A stretch of 64,000 nt of DNA, from positions 12,586,001 to 12,650,000 of the forward strand of contig NC_043017.1 of NCBI RefSeq assembly GCF_006345805.1, written 5' to 3'. This stretch comes from Octopus sinensis. Taxonomy: Eukaryota. A model generated the notes under the pieces. That model was given only the letters and a program-made list of their open reading frames with translations, was not told where the DNA came from and did no database searches. Shown one piece after another: positions 51,240 to 64,000 of the stretch; positions within the stretch are counted from its first letter, which is position 1; every line of letters starts with the position of its first letter. Both the position numbers and the translations under genes were made by a program.

Positions 51240-51478
51240 TTTCGATTCCCAGACCGGGTGTTGTGAGTGTTTATTGAGCGAAAACACCTAAAAGCCCCAC
51301 GAAGCTCCGCCAGGGGGTGGTGATCCCTGTTGTACTCTTTCACCACTCTTTCTTCCGTTGGCCTGCTTGCTTAGCCAGCGGGGTGGCGTCATTCGAAAGC
51401 TAAAACAATGCAAACACATTGTGACCAGCGATGTGTAACAACATCTGATGGTCTGGTCGGTCACGTGATCACGTGATA
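51240..51478 (+). mobile_element. SINE with truncated family-B head and a third body type
   Basis: tttcgattcccagaccggg...tactctttcacca, then a different body ending tcacgtgatcacgtga. Confidence 0.6.
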
Positions 51479-51998
51479 TATATATATATATATATCCTCT
51501 CTCACTTTTTCCTCTTCCTATCTCTCCCTACCCACTCTCACTCTCTGGTGTTAGTCTAACACTTTCCTCTCAATCTTTCAGCTATTATCCTTTATCTATG
51601 TAAGTCTTATCGGTTTTTGTCATCCGACTTTTTGTTTTGCTTTTTTGTATTTTTGTTTTGTTGTTTTGTTTTCACCTTTTGAGCTTTATCAATCCAAATT
51701 TTAATCTACCAAAGTACCAAAGTACCAAAGTACCAAAACTGAACTCTCTAATACCGCTTTCTACTATTCTTTCGATCAATAAAATCCGTTTCAAGCGATA
51801 CCGAGACAAGACAAGTCAAACACCAGCAAAGTAAAACTACCTGGGTGGACTTTTCAGATGATATCTAGGGTAGATGAGTAAGAAACTGAAATGAACCACC
51901 AACCGAGAGGATAAAAGAGCCTTTGGCATTTTAACCAGCCAGATGAGGTTCAAATATTCTGCTTTGTGTTCAAACCGGACATATCCAGCCTTTCACAC

Positions 51999-52395
51999 CT
52001 TCTTCTTCTTCTTCTTCTTCTTACAGCATTCACCCGGGGTGGGTTGAGCTGGCTTCATTCATCCTCAATGCTGCATCTCTCAAAAATGCCGACCAGGCCT
52101 GACGATTTGAGGCTAACAACCGCGTGATCTCCAACCACTCCTTATTCCAGTGGCGAACGCCGTAGATATGGGGGCCTAGGTTGGGTTCCAGATCAGTCTT
52201 GACTGTCATCAGCCAGGTTTTTCGTTGTCCACCACATCGCTTTCGCCAACCCTGAAGGGGAGCTGGAGCAATTGCTCATGTATATTGGCTTTCACACCTA
52301 CCCTACAATGTCCATCCATCCATCTTGTCTGCCTGTTACTCCTGGGAGGGTCATATGGGAGGGTACTCCTCAAGAGGGTACTATCAGAAGCATCT
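51999..52395 (-). mobile_element. RTE-clade LINE 3' end, copy 1
   Basis: Minus: GWRKRCGGQRKTWLMTVKTDLEPNLGPHIYGVRHWNKEWLEITRLLASNRQAWSAFLRDAALRMNEASSTHPG-stop, then (AAG)n tail. Confidence 0.85.
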
Positions 52396-52403
52396 ATCAT
52401 TAG

Positions 52404-52545
52404 ACACTCTCCTACCCTGATGTAATCTCCAGGGATACAGGCATCCAGCAACAGGACCTCCGTAATGCCATGATGGACCGTGAAGTCTGGCGTAGCATGG
52501 TAAATTCCATTGTCTCGACCACGGTCGAACAATGATGAAAATGAT
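52404..52545 (+). mobile_element. RTE-clade LINE 3' end, different family
   Basis: TLSYPDVISRDTGIQQQDLRNAMMDREVWRSMVNSIVSTTVEQ-stop (52533-52535), then tga-type tail. Confidence 0.85.
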
Positions 52546-52579
52546 TGTGTTCAAACCGGACATATCCAGCCTTTCACAC

Positions 52580-52611
<32 letters not shown>

Positions 52612-52982
52612 AGCCTTCACCCGGGGTGGGTTGAGCTGGCTTCATTCATCTTCAATGCTGCATCTCTCAAAAATGCCGACCAGGCCTGGCGATTTGAGGC
52701 TAACGACCGCGTAATCTCCAACCACTCCTTATTCCAGCGGCGAACGCCATAGATATGGGGGCCTAGGTCGGGTTCCAGATCAGTCTTGACTGTCATCAGC
52801 CAGGTTTTTCGTTGTCCACCACATCGCTTTTGCCAACCCTGAAGGGGAGCTGGGGCAATTGCTCATGTATATTGGCTTTCACACCTACCCTACAATGTCC
52901 ATCCATCCATCTTGTCTGCCTGCTACTCTTGGGAGGGTCAGATGGGTAGGTACTCCTCAAGAGGGTACTATCAGAAGCATCT
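52580..52982 (-). mobile_element. RTE-clade LINE 3' end, copy 2
   Basis: Roughly 95% similar by eye to 51999-52395, with the same flank. Confidence 0.85.
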
Positions 52983-54714
52983 GTCATTAGGCTTTCTGGC
53001 TGTATTCCCAAGCATGACCAATTGTGACAGTGGATATCATCCAATCATCTCACTCTTGGTTCTCTATCCCTTAGTCTCCTGCTGGTTGACTTGGCCTGTG
53101 ACATTCTAATCATACGTCCATAGTACCAGAGCCGTTACCTCTTAATGTCATTCTGAATATAAACAACCATATCATTGAAATCTTGAAAGCTGCTACGAAA
53201 AAAAATAATGCATAATTAATTCAAAACAACATGAATAAATAAGCATTACATTTGACAAAGCGATCTAAATGCTAAAGAGTTTTAATGGACTTTGGAGTGC
53301 AACTGAAGTGAATGTTTGCAAAAGCCCAATGGATGGACATGAAACAGACCACGGTCAATTGGAATACCACTGATAGATATTCTCGTATATTATGCAATTT
53401 AGTTGTATAAAAAACTTATGGATTATGGAGTGGGGAAAGCTGAACTCAGTTGGACAGAGAGGAGATAACAGGGGCAAGTTTACTAAGGACTTGGCTAGCA
53501 GCTATACTGAAGATCTCCAAGATGACCACAAGACAAAAAGCTAAACCAAATTCAGTCAAGTAGAATAAGCATTGAGGAGATTTTGCAGAACAACAATAAC
53601 AATGGTAACAACATTATTGTTTTTATATGTTTTTTTTTTTTTTTCTTCTATGGCATGGTCTGGATGTTGTGTTCGCAACTGCAAGATTGCAGGTTCAATT
53701 CACAGACTGGGTGGTTCACAGCAATAAAGGAAAAGGTCATAAGCACTACTGTTCCTTCTCTGATAAATCAACAAAAATATTTTTTCAAAAAAAAAACACT
53801 TCTCTGACAAAGGATAAGAGCTGCAAACATCTGAACCCATGCCGAAGTCACCTATAAGCTTTGCACCAATGGATCAAATACTGATTTCAAAATCTAGCAC
53901 AGGGCCAGCAATTTCGCGGAGGAGGTGGGGTTAAGTCTATTACATCAACTCCGGTACTCAACTGGTACTTATTTTATCAACCCCAAAAGGATGAAAGGCA
54001 AAGTCAACCATGGCAGAATTTGAACTCAGAATGTAAAAACAAATGAAACGCCACAAAGCCTTACTGATGGACTAAATATTACCAACCTAGAACATGGATG
54101 ACTTACTCAGATTCCGGACTTTTACCCAAAATAATGTCCATCTGTGTGTGTGTGCATACATGTGCGCGCATATGTGTGTGTGTGTGTGTTGTAAAAGTAG
54201 CGATGTTAATACGGATTTAGCTAGCAGCTTTGCTGAAGATCTTTGCAGAAAATGGAATTCGAAGAGAAGAGGAAAATAAAATACTTGCTAAGTTAAGAAG
54301 TTAATTGAATCGAGATGATATGATCTGCAAGTGTACAATCTCAACAGTGATATTCTAAAAAGGTCAAAAACTAATTTCTGCCCCATCGCCGCCGCCACCA
54401 TCGCTGCCAATGCCACTTCCACCAAGCTATCGGCGGCGGTAACAAGCAGCACTGGCAGCAGCAGCGACATCACCACCACTGCCATCAGCAGCAACAAGAA
54501 CAACAACAAAACTGCATTCAGTTTTACTATCAGCAAAAAACCCCACCACGGCTACCATCTCCACAATCATCTGCAGTTTCACCACTACCGCTGCCACCAC
54601 TAGCATCTCCACCATCACCACCACCACCACCACCACAACAACAGCAACCACCACAACAGATTGGCTATCAAGAGTCAGAGAGAAAAATTAATATGTATAA
54701 AATATAGAGACAGT

Positions 54715-54752
<38 letters not shown>

Positions 54753-55392
54753 TGTAAGCAAGTACCTATGTGTGAAAATGTATGAGTATATATTTGTACA
54801 TGTGTGTGTGTGTGTGTATGGTGTGCTGTGGATATGCATACATGGAAATGTGCACCAATGTATGTGTATATGTGCATGTATGTATGTATGTATGTATGTG
54901 TATGTGTGAGACTATGTGAAAATAGCTGCAAACATTTGCATGTAGTTATAAACTGGCTGGTATTTGGCAAATTCTTTGGAAAGATTGCAACAGGGAAAGA
55001 GGGGGGGTGTACATTAGCAGACTATCCTATGAAAGTAGACAGCACAAGAGAGACAGATAGCTGACCTACAGAGGTAGACGGCATGGAAGACATTGGCTGT
55101 CTATCTATAATTATTATATAGGGAGGACAGCATCAGGAATTGTAGCTGGGTGTCTTATAACAGGTGACAGACTGTGAGGAGTGGTGGATGTAGACAGGCC
55201 GTGTGGATGATAGTAGCTAGGTGTCCTTGGAAGGTAGAGAGTATGGGAGACAGGTGGTAGCTAACCTATGTGAGGAGACAATAGAGGAGAAGAAAAATTA
55301 TATGGATGAGAATGGATGGCTGGTTGGTTGGCCTTGGAAAGCAGGGAGTATGGGAGACAGTTGCTAGGTTACCCGTGAAAGGTAAACAGTAT

Positions 55393-55600
55393 AAAAGGCA
55401 GCAAGCTGGCAGAAACGTTAGCACGCCATTACGTTCTGAGTTCAAATTCCGCCGAGGTCGGCTTTGCCTTTCATCCTTTCGGGGTCAATAAATTAAGTAC
55501 CAGTTACGCACTGGGGTCGATATAATCGACTTAATCCGTTTGTCTGTCCTTGTTTTTCCCCTCTGTGTTTAGCCCCTTGTGGGTAGTAAAGAAATAAGTA
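55393..55600 (+). mobile_element. SINE C with internal deletion
   Basis: Head joined to body at gcc microhomology. Confidence 0.8.
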
Positions 55601-56003
55601 TAAAAGAGAGTATCTAGCAAGCATTCATACATAGAACCATATGGGAGACAGAAACAAGTCATCCTGTGAAAGAAGACAGTACAAGTGAACACTAGTTGGT
55701 TGACAAATATATGTAACAAGTACAGAAGACACTAAAAAGTATGGAAGACAGTAAATGCAAATGTAGCTTGTCATTCTATGACCTTACTGCAGGTTGTTCT
55801 GTGCTTTCAAAGAAAGATGGATTGGAAAAAAATCCCTTACTTAAAAGAAACAAAAAACAGGTAAGGGTTGGCAGCAGGGAGAGCATCCATCCATGAAATC
55901 CTACTTCATTTAAGTTCCTAATCCAATCAATACTAGCTTTAAAAAACAGATGTTAAATGAAGTGCATATGGAAAATGTATGTGTGCATATGCTTACACAA
56001 ATC

Positions 56004-56041
<38 letters not shown>

Positions 56042-56817
56042 ACACACATATATATATACACACACATATATATATACACACACATATATATATATATACA
56101 CACATATATATATATACACATATATATATATACACACATATATATATATACACATGTATATATACACACATATATAAATACACACATATACATATATACA
56201 TACATACACACTCACACACACAAACAGAATGTGTATGCATGTGCAAAAAATATATACATGAACACAGAAAAATATACATACATATGCAAAAAGTATATAT
56301 ACACTCACAAAAATTATATATTTTCCTTACTGGGAAATAATTATAGCAACACACAACATACACACAAAAAGAAAATATACACTAAAAGTAAATATATGTA
56401 CATACTAAAAATATATACACTAACATCTTAAGAATGTGTGCACATGCGTGTGTATGTCTGTATGTGTGTGTGTGTGTCTGTATGTGTTTTACAACACACA
56501 AAAACAGAATTAATGTAGTTTTATATAGGGGAAGTTTCAGAGAAGAACTACCAAAAGTAGAGTTTAGGACATAAAAAAACCTTCTTTACATCCCCAAATG
56601 CCAGAACATTCTAAAATTTTATCTTTCCATCAGCTGGAATTTTAAGAAAATGTAAGAACTAAAATTCTAAGATAAGATGAAGATTTTTTTTAGATATTTG
56701 GGTTTTTTTCTTTTGCACTTTTTTGTTTTTAGTAAAAAAAACTTTATCTATTTTTATTCTGTTTTCTTTTTTTGCATATCTTAAACAGAAAGTACTGCAT
56801 GAAAAATATGTTATTAA

Positions 56818-57029
56818 CCCTTTTTAATACCAACCTGCCTGAGACTCTGGTTCTATAAAACAAATTCCTTGTTTTAAAGTAATCTAAATTTCAAACTTCC
56901 ATCAAAATTCCAAGTTAATTTAAGCTCCAAACACCACCTTAAAATTGACTGAAGTCATTTTACTAAATTCTTCATTATTAAATAGAAACAAAGGCAGAAT
57001 ACTTCAACAGAAATATTGTAACAAAAGAG
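56818..57029. mobile_element. Diverged piggyBac-type MITE
   Basis: TTAA flanks; ccctttttaatacc / gtaacaaaagag; internal similarity to type 1. Confidence 0.6.
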
Positions 57030-57094
57030 TTAAAGTGGTCTAAATTAAGACCTTTCCATCAAAATGCCATGCTAATTTATATATATATATATAA

Positions 57095-57299
57095 CATACA
57101 GAACGCCATGATAGACCGTTAGCTCCAACACGCATTTTTTTCTCTCCTTGTTTCTTTTCTGTGCATCTTTCTGTCAAAGAGCGTAGGCTCGAAACGTAAA
57201 AGACTTGTTCTATTTCTATTCCCGAGCGCCATACTAATACATTTGTTTGTTTGTACTCCACCTGCCTTCGTCTTTTGTTTATTTTCGTAAACCTTCCCG

Positions 57300-57300
<1 letters not shown>
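57095..57300 (+). mobile_element. Penelope-like pLTR fragment with variant hammerhead-like motif (57167-57202)
   Basis: CUUU-CUGUCAA-A-GAGC(GUAG)GCUC-GAAACGUA-AAAG: stems I and II pair, core is non-canonical. Confidence 0.55.
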
Positions 57301-57345
<45 letters not shown>

Positions 57346-57457
57346 TATATATTATATGAAATATATATTATATATATATATATATTATATATTTATATAT
57401 TATATATATATATATAATATATATATTACATTATGCATAATGTTTGTGTGTGAGTGT

Positions 57458-57492
<35 letters not shown>

Positions 57493-57630
57493 ACATACAA
57501 CATTTGTGATAGACAATTATCAAGGCTCTAAGTGAGATGCAGAGAAGGAAGACAGGTGTAGCTTTGTGTGTATGTTTATTCATATATGCATGGCATATAT
57601 ATATGTGCATGTATATATTTGTATTGTATC

Positions 57631-57669
<39 letters not shown>

Positions 57670-57935
57670 ACACATACCACACACACAGATCTGTTGATAG
57701 TAATGTGCTCTGACTAATTGCAATAATTGATGGTTGTTGGTTGTGTTCTAGCTGTTGCTGTTGCTGCTGCTGCTGATACTTCTGGATACAGCTACTGTTG
57801 TGATGGTGGCTGCTGCTTTGTCCAGAAGCAAAAATTTCACACTCTAGTTGCGTTAACAATTTTTTCCTACACCTCCATTTCATGCAATATTCCTAGCAAT
57901 ACCTTCCCCATACATACATCCACACACACACACTT

Positions 57936-57966
<31 letters not shown>

Positions 57967-58649
57967 GTGGTTTGGTTATATTTCATTTGTCTTTGGAATA
58001 GATCCATATTTACACACGCACCACACACAGACATGTATAGATGCATGCATATACACATGAAGCTTGATAGAGCCTCATGTGTGTAAATGTGTGTGAGTGT
58101 AGATGGATACACACACATACATACACACACACTCATGGTATGAATAGAATGTATGGCATGAAATGAGAGTAGCAAACAATTTGAGAAGCATAAAACCACA
58201 CACACACACACAGGTATTGGTGATATTAGTAAGTGTATAGTGGAGTAAGACAGACAGACAGACAGTTGGAGAAGCATAAAAATTAAACACGCAAAAACCT
58301 ATGTGCACATGCAGGTAAGGAGTGTGTACAATAATTGCTTAGAGAAATAAAAAGCAAGGAAAGAGAGTGAGAGAGAAGGAGAGAGAGACAAGGAAGATGA
58401 GAGAGACAAAGATGAAAAGAGAGAGGCAGACAGACAGACAGACAAGCAGACAGACAGGCAGGCAGGCAGGCAGACAGACAGAAGGGAGAGCAGTGAGAGA
58501 GAGACATGTGCTAAACATTGTGTCCCTTTGTTTTACATGTGTGCAAGATGGTGGCCATATGTTAGCAACAGGAAGAAAAAAAGGGAGCAAAAAAAATAAA
58601 AGGAGTGGGGTGTCGTGAAAAGTGGGGTGGAGTAGACAGGGATATGTTA

Positions 58650-59075
58650 TCTCCACTACATCCAGCCCCCAAGTGCAGCAGAATTGGCATGGCTAAAAAG
58701 ACCAGCTCTAAGGTACAACTGTAGGTCGGTGAGAAAAATTGAAAGAAAGCATTCGTGATTGCTAGACGAAGTAATCTTGCGGTCATATGGTAAATTGACC
58801 CTCCGTGGTTACCACTCACTATTTCCAATTTTGTGGAGATAGGGAGGGTCTTCCTTGATCTAAACAGATTGGTTACTTGTTCCTCTGAGATTGGTCAAGT
58901 AAGTGATGTAGACAACTCTGATAAAACCTCAGTAAGGATCAAAAATCAGTTAAGTTTGTTCAACACTTTTTTCTATCTCTGGAGAAATAGCCAAATCTGC
59001 CTGGTTTGTACGTCACCTACACAGGTACACTTATATCATACCTTGATACAGTGTAGACTGAGATCCTCTTAGACA
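58650..59075 (+). mobile_element. Tx1/L1-clade LINE endonuclease remnant
   Basis: Frameshifted GDW-like segment (gagattgg) and SYLDTV (resembles SYLDRV); collinear with the RT remnant downstream. Confidence 0.45.
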
Positions 59076-59096
59076 GATGTCTGATATTACTTAGAG

Positions 59097-59700
59097 CAAT
59101 GGCTCTCAACCGGGGTCCATACGGCACCTGAAGGTTCATATAAGATTGTTGGGGTCCACACAACATAATTGTAAACTGGGGATCCACAAAAGTATTCTAG
59201 GGACTTCTGAAAAATTTTGCTTTCAAAATCAAATTTGATGACTGGCACCAAGCCAGAGCAGCTGACTGTGTTCCATGCCGGTGGCACATAAAAAGCGTTT
59301 TTGTTACCAGCGTCGCCTTACTGGCACTTGTGCCGGTGGCACATAAAAGCAACCACTACACTGGTTAGCGTTTAGGAAGGGTATCCAGCTGTAGAAACTC
59401 AGCTAGATCAGATTGGAGCCTGGTGCAGCCATCTGGTTCGCCAGTCCTCAGTCAAATCGTCCAACCCATGCTAGCATGGAAAACAGACATTAAATGATGA
59501 TGTATTGATATGTATTGCAAGAAACTGCTGAGCTTCTTTCTCTAACATTTTATATAGTTCAACCTACACAAGTTGATGTGCGAAAAACAAAATAGGAATT
59601 TTGGAAGAGGTTCTATAAAACTAGTTTTTAAATATTGAGTGGATATGAGGGTCCACCAGAATAAAAGTATAATCAAAGGGGTTCATAAATAAAAAGTGGT
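59097..59700. mobile_element. hAT-type MITE split by a family D copy (~59250-59503)
   Basis: caatggctctcaaccggggtccat start resembles 31982; D body and (GAT)n tail inside. Confidence 0.55.
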
Positions 59701-60039
59701 TTTCCTTGTCTCTCTCCTTCTCTGTCTCTCTTTCCTTGCTTTTTATTTCTCTAAGTGTAAAATACAAATGTATGCAAATTAGTAATACCAGTTCTCTGAA
59801 GCTACTAGATTCAAAATGTATATAAACAGACTGGCTACTTATCTCTGGGATTCAAGTGATGTGGCCATCTCTGATGAACCCCAATAAGGATCAAGAGGTT
59901 GTTCATAATTTTTTTTTTTTTTTTTAGAGAAATAAATAAGCCTGAATGTTTGTATGTCTACCACAATGGTTTACAAATAGTCTTATTACAATTTGCTAGT
60001 GTTTATGTTGACCTCAGCATTTTACTTGATGTAGCTCCC

Positions 60040-60547
60040 TCCCTCAATGTACCTTCCTCCCTCTCTGGCATCCAGTAAAAGAAATCAGAGCTTTGTGGAT
60101 ACATGCCAGGTCTATTTGCCCCATCTCTTAGCAGACGTCTACTGCAATTGGCAACAGACTGGAAATGTTTCCAGCTGTGTTAGCAGGGAAATGGTGACGC
60201 TGCTAAAAAAAAAAAGGATGCAAAACAAAGGAGAGATATCATCGACAATTTCAGGCCCATAACACAAGGGGTTGAGATTTTGGCCAAGGTGCTTATTTTG
60301 CACTGCTTCACCTGGAACAATACAAAGCCTTCAATGGGGTCAACAATCAGTATTGGGGTTGGAGTTCTGTCCTCAATGCAAAAGATTTTGGCCTCCGTTT
60401 TCAAATTTATCATCAGTTCAAAGCACAACAGCATTTACTTGGTACACCCATCACAACCATTTTGGTCACATCAGATGCTTGGTTCATCAAGGGCAACCTC
60501 TCTTATCACACCTGTACATTTTGGCTCTTAAGCCATTACTGCATTAA
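60040..60547 (+). mobile_element. Tx1/L1-clade LINE reverse transcriptase remnant
   Basis: Frameshifted pieces LLADVYCNWQQ, VTLLKK, DIIDNFRPIT, EILAKVL, KAFN and VHQGQPLLSHLYILALKPLL (resembles QGCPLSPLLYVLALEPLL). Confidence 0.8.
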
Positions 60548-61589
60548 GTAGAGGTGCTGAGAGGCATCCCACTTGAAAAGGTGAGCTGGCAGAACCATTA
60601 GTGCATCAGACAAAACGTGTAACAGCGTTTCAAATACCACCAAGGCTAACTTTGCCTATTATCCTTGCAAGGTTGATAAATTTAAGTCCAGTACGGGGGG
60701 TTGCTGTAATCAACAAAACCCTCCCCTAAAATTGCTGGCCTTGTACCAAAATTAGAAAACAATTATTGTTGTTATTATTATTATTATTATTGTAATTATC
60801 TTCATCATCATCATTATTATTATTGTTATTATTATTATTCAAGTTTTCAATTTTTTTTACTGCAGTTTTATTGCCAGTAACCATAATTATCACGCTTACC
60901 ATTAGTTTTTTAAAGAATTTCTTGGCTTTATTATTGTCTTTTTTTTGTTACGTTTTCTTCCATTTCCACAAAGAAGACCCCTCCCCACACTCCAGGTTGC
61001 CATTCTTCAGACCAACTAAATTTCTTAGCCATCTGCTTGGCACTAAAATATTTTTCTGGCCTCCATTCTTTGATTCTTGCTTGCACTTTCCACAGAATTT
61101 AGCGCTTTGGGAACAAGGCCAAATTTTTATACTCTTTCAGTGGCTTCAGCCATTGGACTGCGTCCATGCTGGAGCACTGCCTTCAAGGATGTTGAGTCGG
61201 TCATATTGACCCCAAGTGCATGTGTACTTACTTCACGATGGAATTTATTTTATCTGCTTCTATTTACTGATGATGATGGTAGTGATGATGGTGGGGGAGG
61301 AGGAGGATTTACAAACTGGCTAAGTTTTACTTATTAGGGGTAAAGGGATGCAATGTAAAGCACCATTTTACATTGGTACACACATACACTGTAGCCATGA
61401 CTTGACTAATACTCTGCTAAAAATAGCAACAAAAATATCCCTCAAATCCTACTGTGTTACATTTAATATGGTAGGGCTCGGCTCATTAGGCAATGTAGTT
61501 ATGAGGTAGGATGGCCACAGTTGGATACCTCTTTGATCATAGGTTTGTGGGTTTGGACTGACCTTGGGCTACAACTTCTTCAATATGTA

Positions 61590-62069
61590 TACACATCACA
61601 TTATGTATACATACACATACATCAGATTATAGATTAAATCGCATCATACACAACAGACCCTACAGCCACCATTTTGCCAGAATTACTCGAGTACATCCAC
61701 ACAAATGCACACATACACACAACACATAGACCCACACAAACATACAAATACAATGCATCAAGCACCACACACACACACATCACCCATACATACATACATA
61801 CATGAGCAACACCAAACCTGATATCAAATCACATCCATTCACACACACACACACACATGCTATAGAAACAGATACATACACATACAGACACATGCAAAAA
61901 CTATAAAAACACAAATACAACACTCATCACATATACACACACACACCACCACACCATATATACACACACACACACACACATATATATACACACACACACA
62001 CACAACACATATATATACAACACACACACACACATATATACACACACACACACACACATAATACACACA

Positions 62070-62112
<43 letters not shown>

Positions 62113-62503
62113 TTACACACACACCACACCACACACACATTACACAACACACAAACAAACACACACACACACCATATATTATACATATATATATATACAA
62201 CACACACACACATATATATATAATATTAATATATACACACAACACACTTTACAAACACAACATGCATATATACATACACATTACTAACACAAATCCATGC
62301 ACAACAAATATATACACATAAAATGCATACACTGAAAACACTCACACACTGTGCAGACACACATATGACCATAGACACAATACACGCAAACATTATACAA
62401 ACACAAATGCAAAGCCATACATGTAAGCCAGCCCATACACACACATGCGCAGATGCTATGCATGTGCAAGTGCAACAGTAATACAAATATGCACACATAC
62501 ACA
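61590..62503. repeat. (CA)/(TA)-rich microsatellite field
   Basis: Direct inspection. Confidence 0.9.
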
Positions 62504-62727
62504 TACTCTTTTACTCTTTTACTTGTTTCAGTCATTTGACTGCGGCCATACTGGAGCACCACCTTTTAGTCGAGCAAATCGACCCCGGGACTTATTCTTT
62601 GTAAGCCCAGTACTTATTCTATCGGTCTCTTTTGCCGAACCGCTAGGTGACGGGGACGTAAAAACACCAGCATCGGTTGTCAAGCAATGCTAGGGGAACA
62701 AACACAGACACACAAAGACACACATAC

Positions 62728-62772
<45 letters not shown>

Positions 62773-62929
62773 GACAGGCTTCTGTCAGTTTCCGTCTACC
62801 AAATCCACTCACAAGGCATTGGTCGGCCCGGGGCTATAGCAGAAGACACTAGCCCAAGATGCCACGCAGTGGGACTGAACCCGGAACCATGTGGTTGGTT
62901 AGCAAGCTACTTACCACACAGCCACTCCT
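62504..62929 (-). mobile_element. SINE A, full length
   Basis: Head and tail intact. Confidence 0.85.
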
Positions 62930-64000
62930 ACACACACTATATAAACACAACACATTCAACATTATAAAAATCATACATACATTTAGGCAAACCCATACAT
63001 ACACACACGCCATATAAGTACAAACACAATATTAATACGTATAAGTGTGCATACAAATACACACACATTCACAAACACATGCACTATATATAACACACAC
63101 ACACACAGACTCAGAGAAACAGCTGTCTCTAAGTGAAGCAGACATGTTGAGAAGGCAATCCAAATCAGACCAATGAACGATTGTTGCATTGATATTTTTA
63201 CACGGCAGATACAGACATGCAACAATAAAGACTCCGTTGATTCGACAAACTCTGCGAGTCTTGTGTGCAGTAGCAGCAGCGGGTGGTGTTGATGTTATGT
63301 GTGTGCAACGGTGCGAAAGGTTGGCACTAGATTTGCATACATGCATCTATGTTTAGCATTGGAACTGCCGAGACAAGAATTACTACAGAATTTCAAATCA
63401 GGTCACAAAATAGACTTTGGTTAGGTTTTTTTGTCTTTTTGGTTTTTTTTTTTGGTTTTTTTTTGTTTTTAGTTTTTCCTGAAACAAAATGTATACATAC
63501 ACACACACATGCAAGCACATACACACAAGCAACACACACACACACACACACACACATATTCATATTATAGCATGCTGATACGAACATATACTCAAGCTAG
63601 GTGCATGCACACCAGTTTTAGTTTTATAAAACACACACACACACACACATGGATATACACATACATAAATGCACACACACACACACTACACACATTCATA
63701 AGGCAGAATGCAGACAGAAATGCATATATATACACACACACAGGCTTAAGCGCATGTTCAATGGCGTTTGCAGTTTTCTAATAAAATACACAACACATAT
63801 GTACACATGCACACACACAACACAGAATATCAAACACATTCATACAAGAGCATACAGATAAAGAAAAACAAACACAGACATATATATACACATGCATGCA
63901 CGCACATGTGGGTATAAATGCTAGCATATGAATGACTACTTTGCTAGCCATTCATATGCTTGTGTAGACACAAACCAACGCACCCGTGTATATAAAGAAA

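Overview
Eukaryotic, AT-rich, repeat-saturated DNA that looks intronic or intergenic. The repeat families resemble those I recall from Octopus genomes (inference, no search run). I can identify no protein-coding gene, rRNA, true tRNA or CRISPR array; almost all supplied ORFs are translations of (TA)n, (CA)n, (CAT)n or (GA)n tracts or of SINEs. Content: several tRNA-headed SINE families (labelled A, B, C), an RTE-like short retroposon family (D), TTAA-flanked piggyBac-type MITEs, hAT-type MITEs, a non-autonomous Helitron, decayed CR1, RTE and Tx1/L1 LINE pieces, and Penelope-like (PLE) fragments. Most notable: (1) several minimal type-I hammerhead ribozyme folds, two of them inside a ~318-bp near-perfect palindrome and a third ~120 bp downstream; (2) an 11-unit 161-bp satellite built from a SINE head with incipient dimeric order; (3) minus-strand splice signals suggesting a long host intron, including a candidate recursive splice site (AG|GTGAGT) and a duplicated 18-nt microexon-like block; (4) an RTE 3' end flanked by a ~440-bp direct duplication. 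Coordinates were counted by eye and repeat boundaries may be off by several bases.
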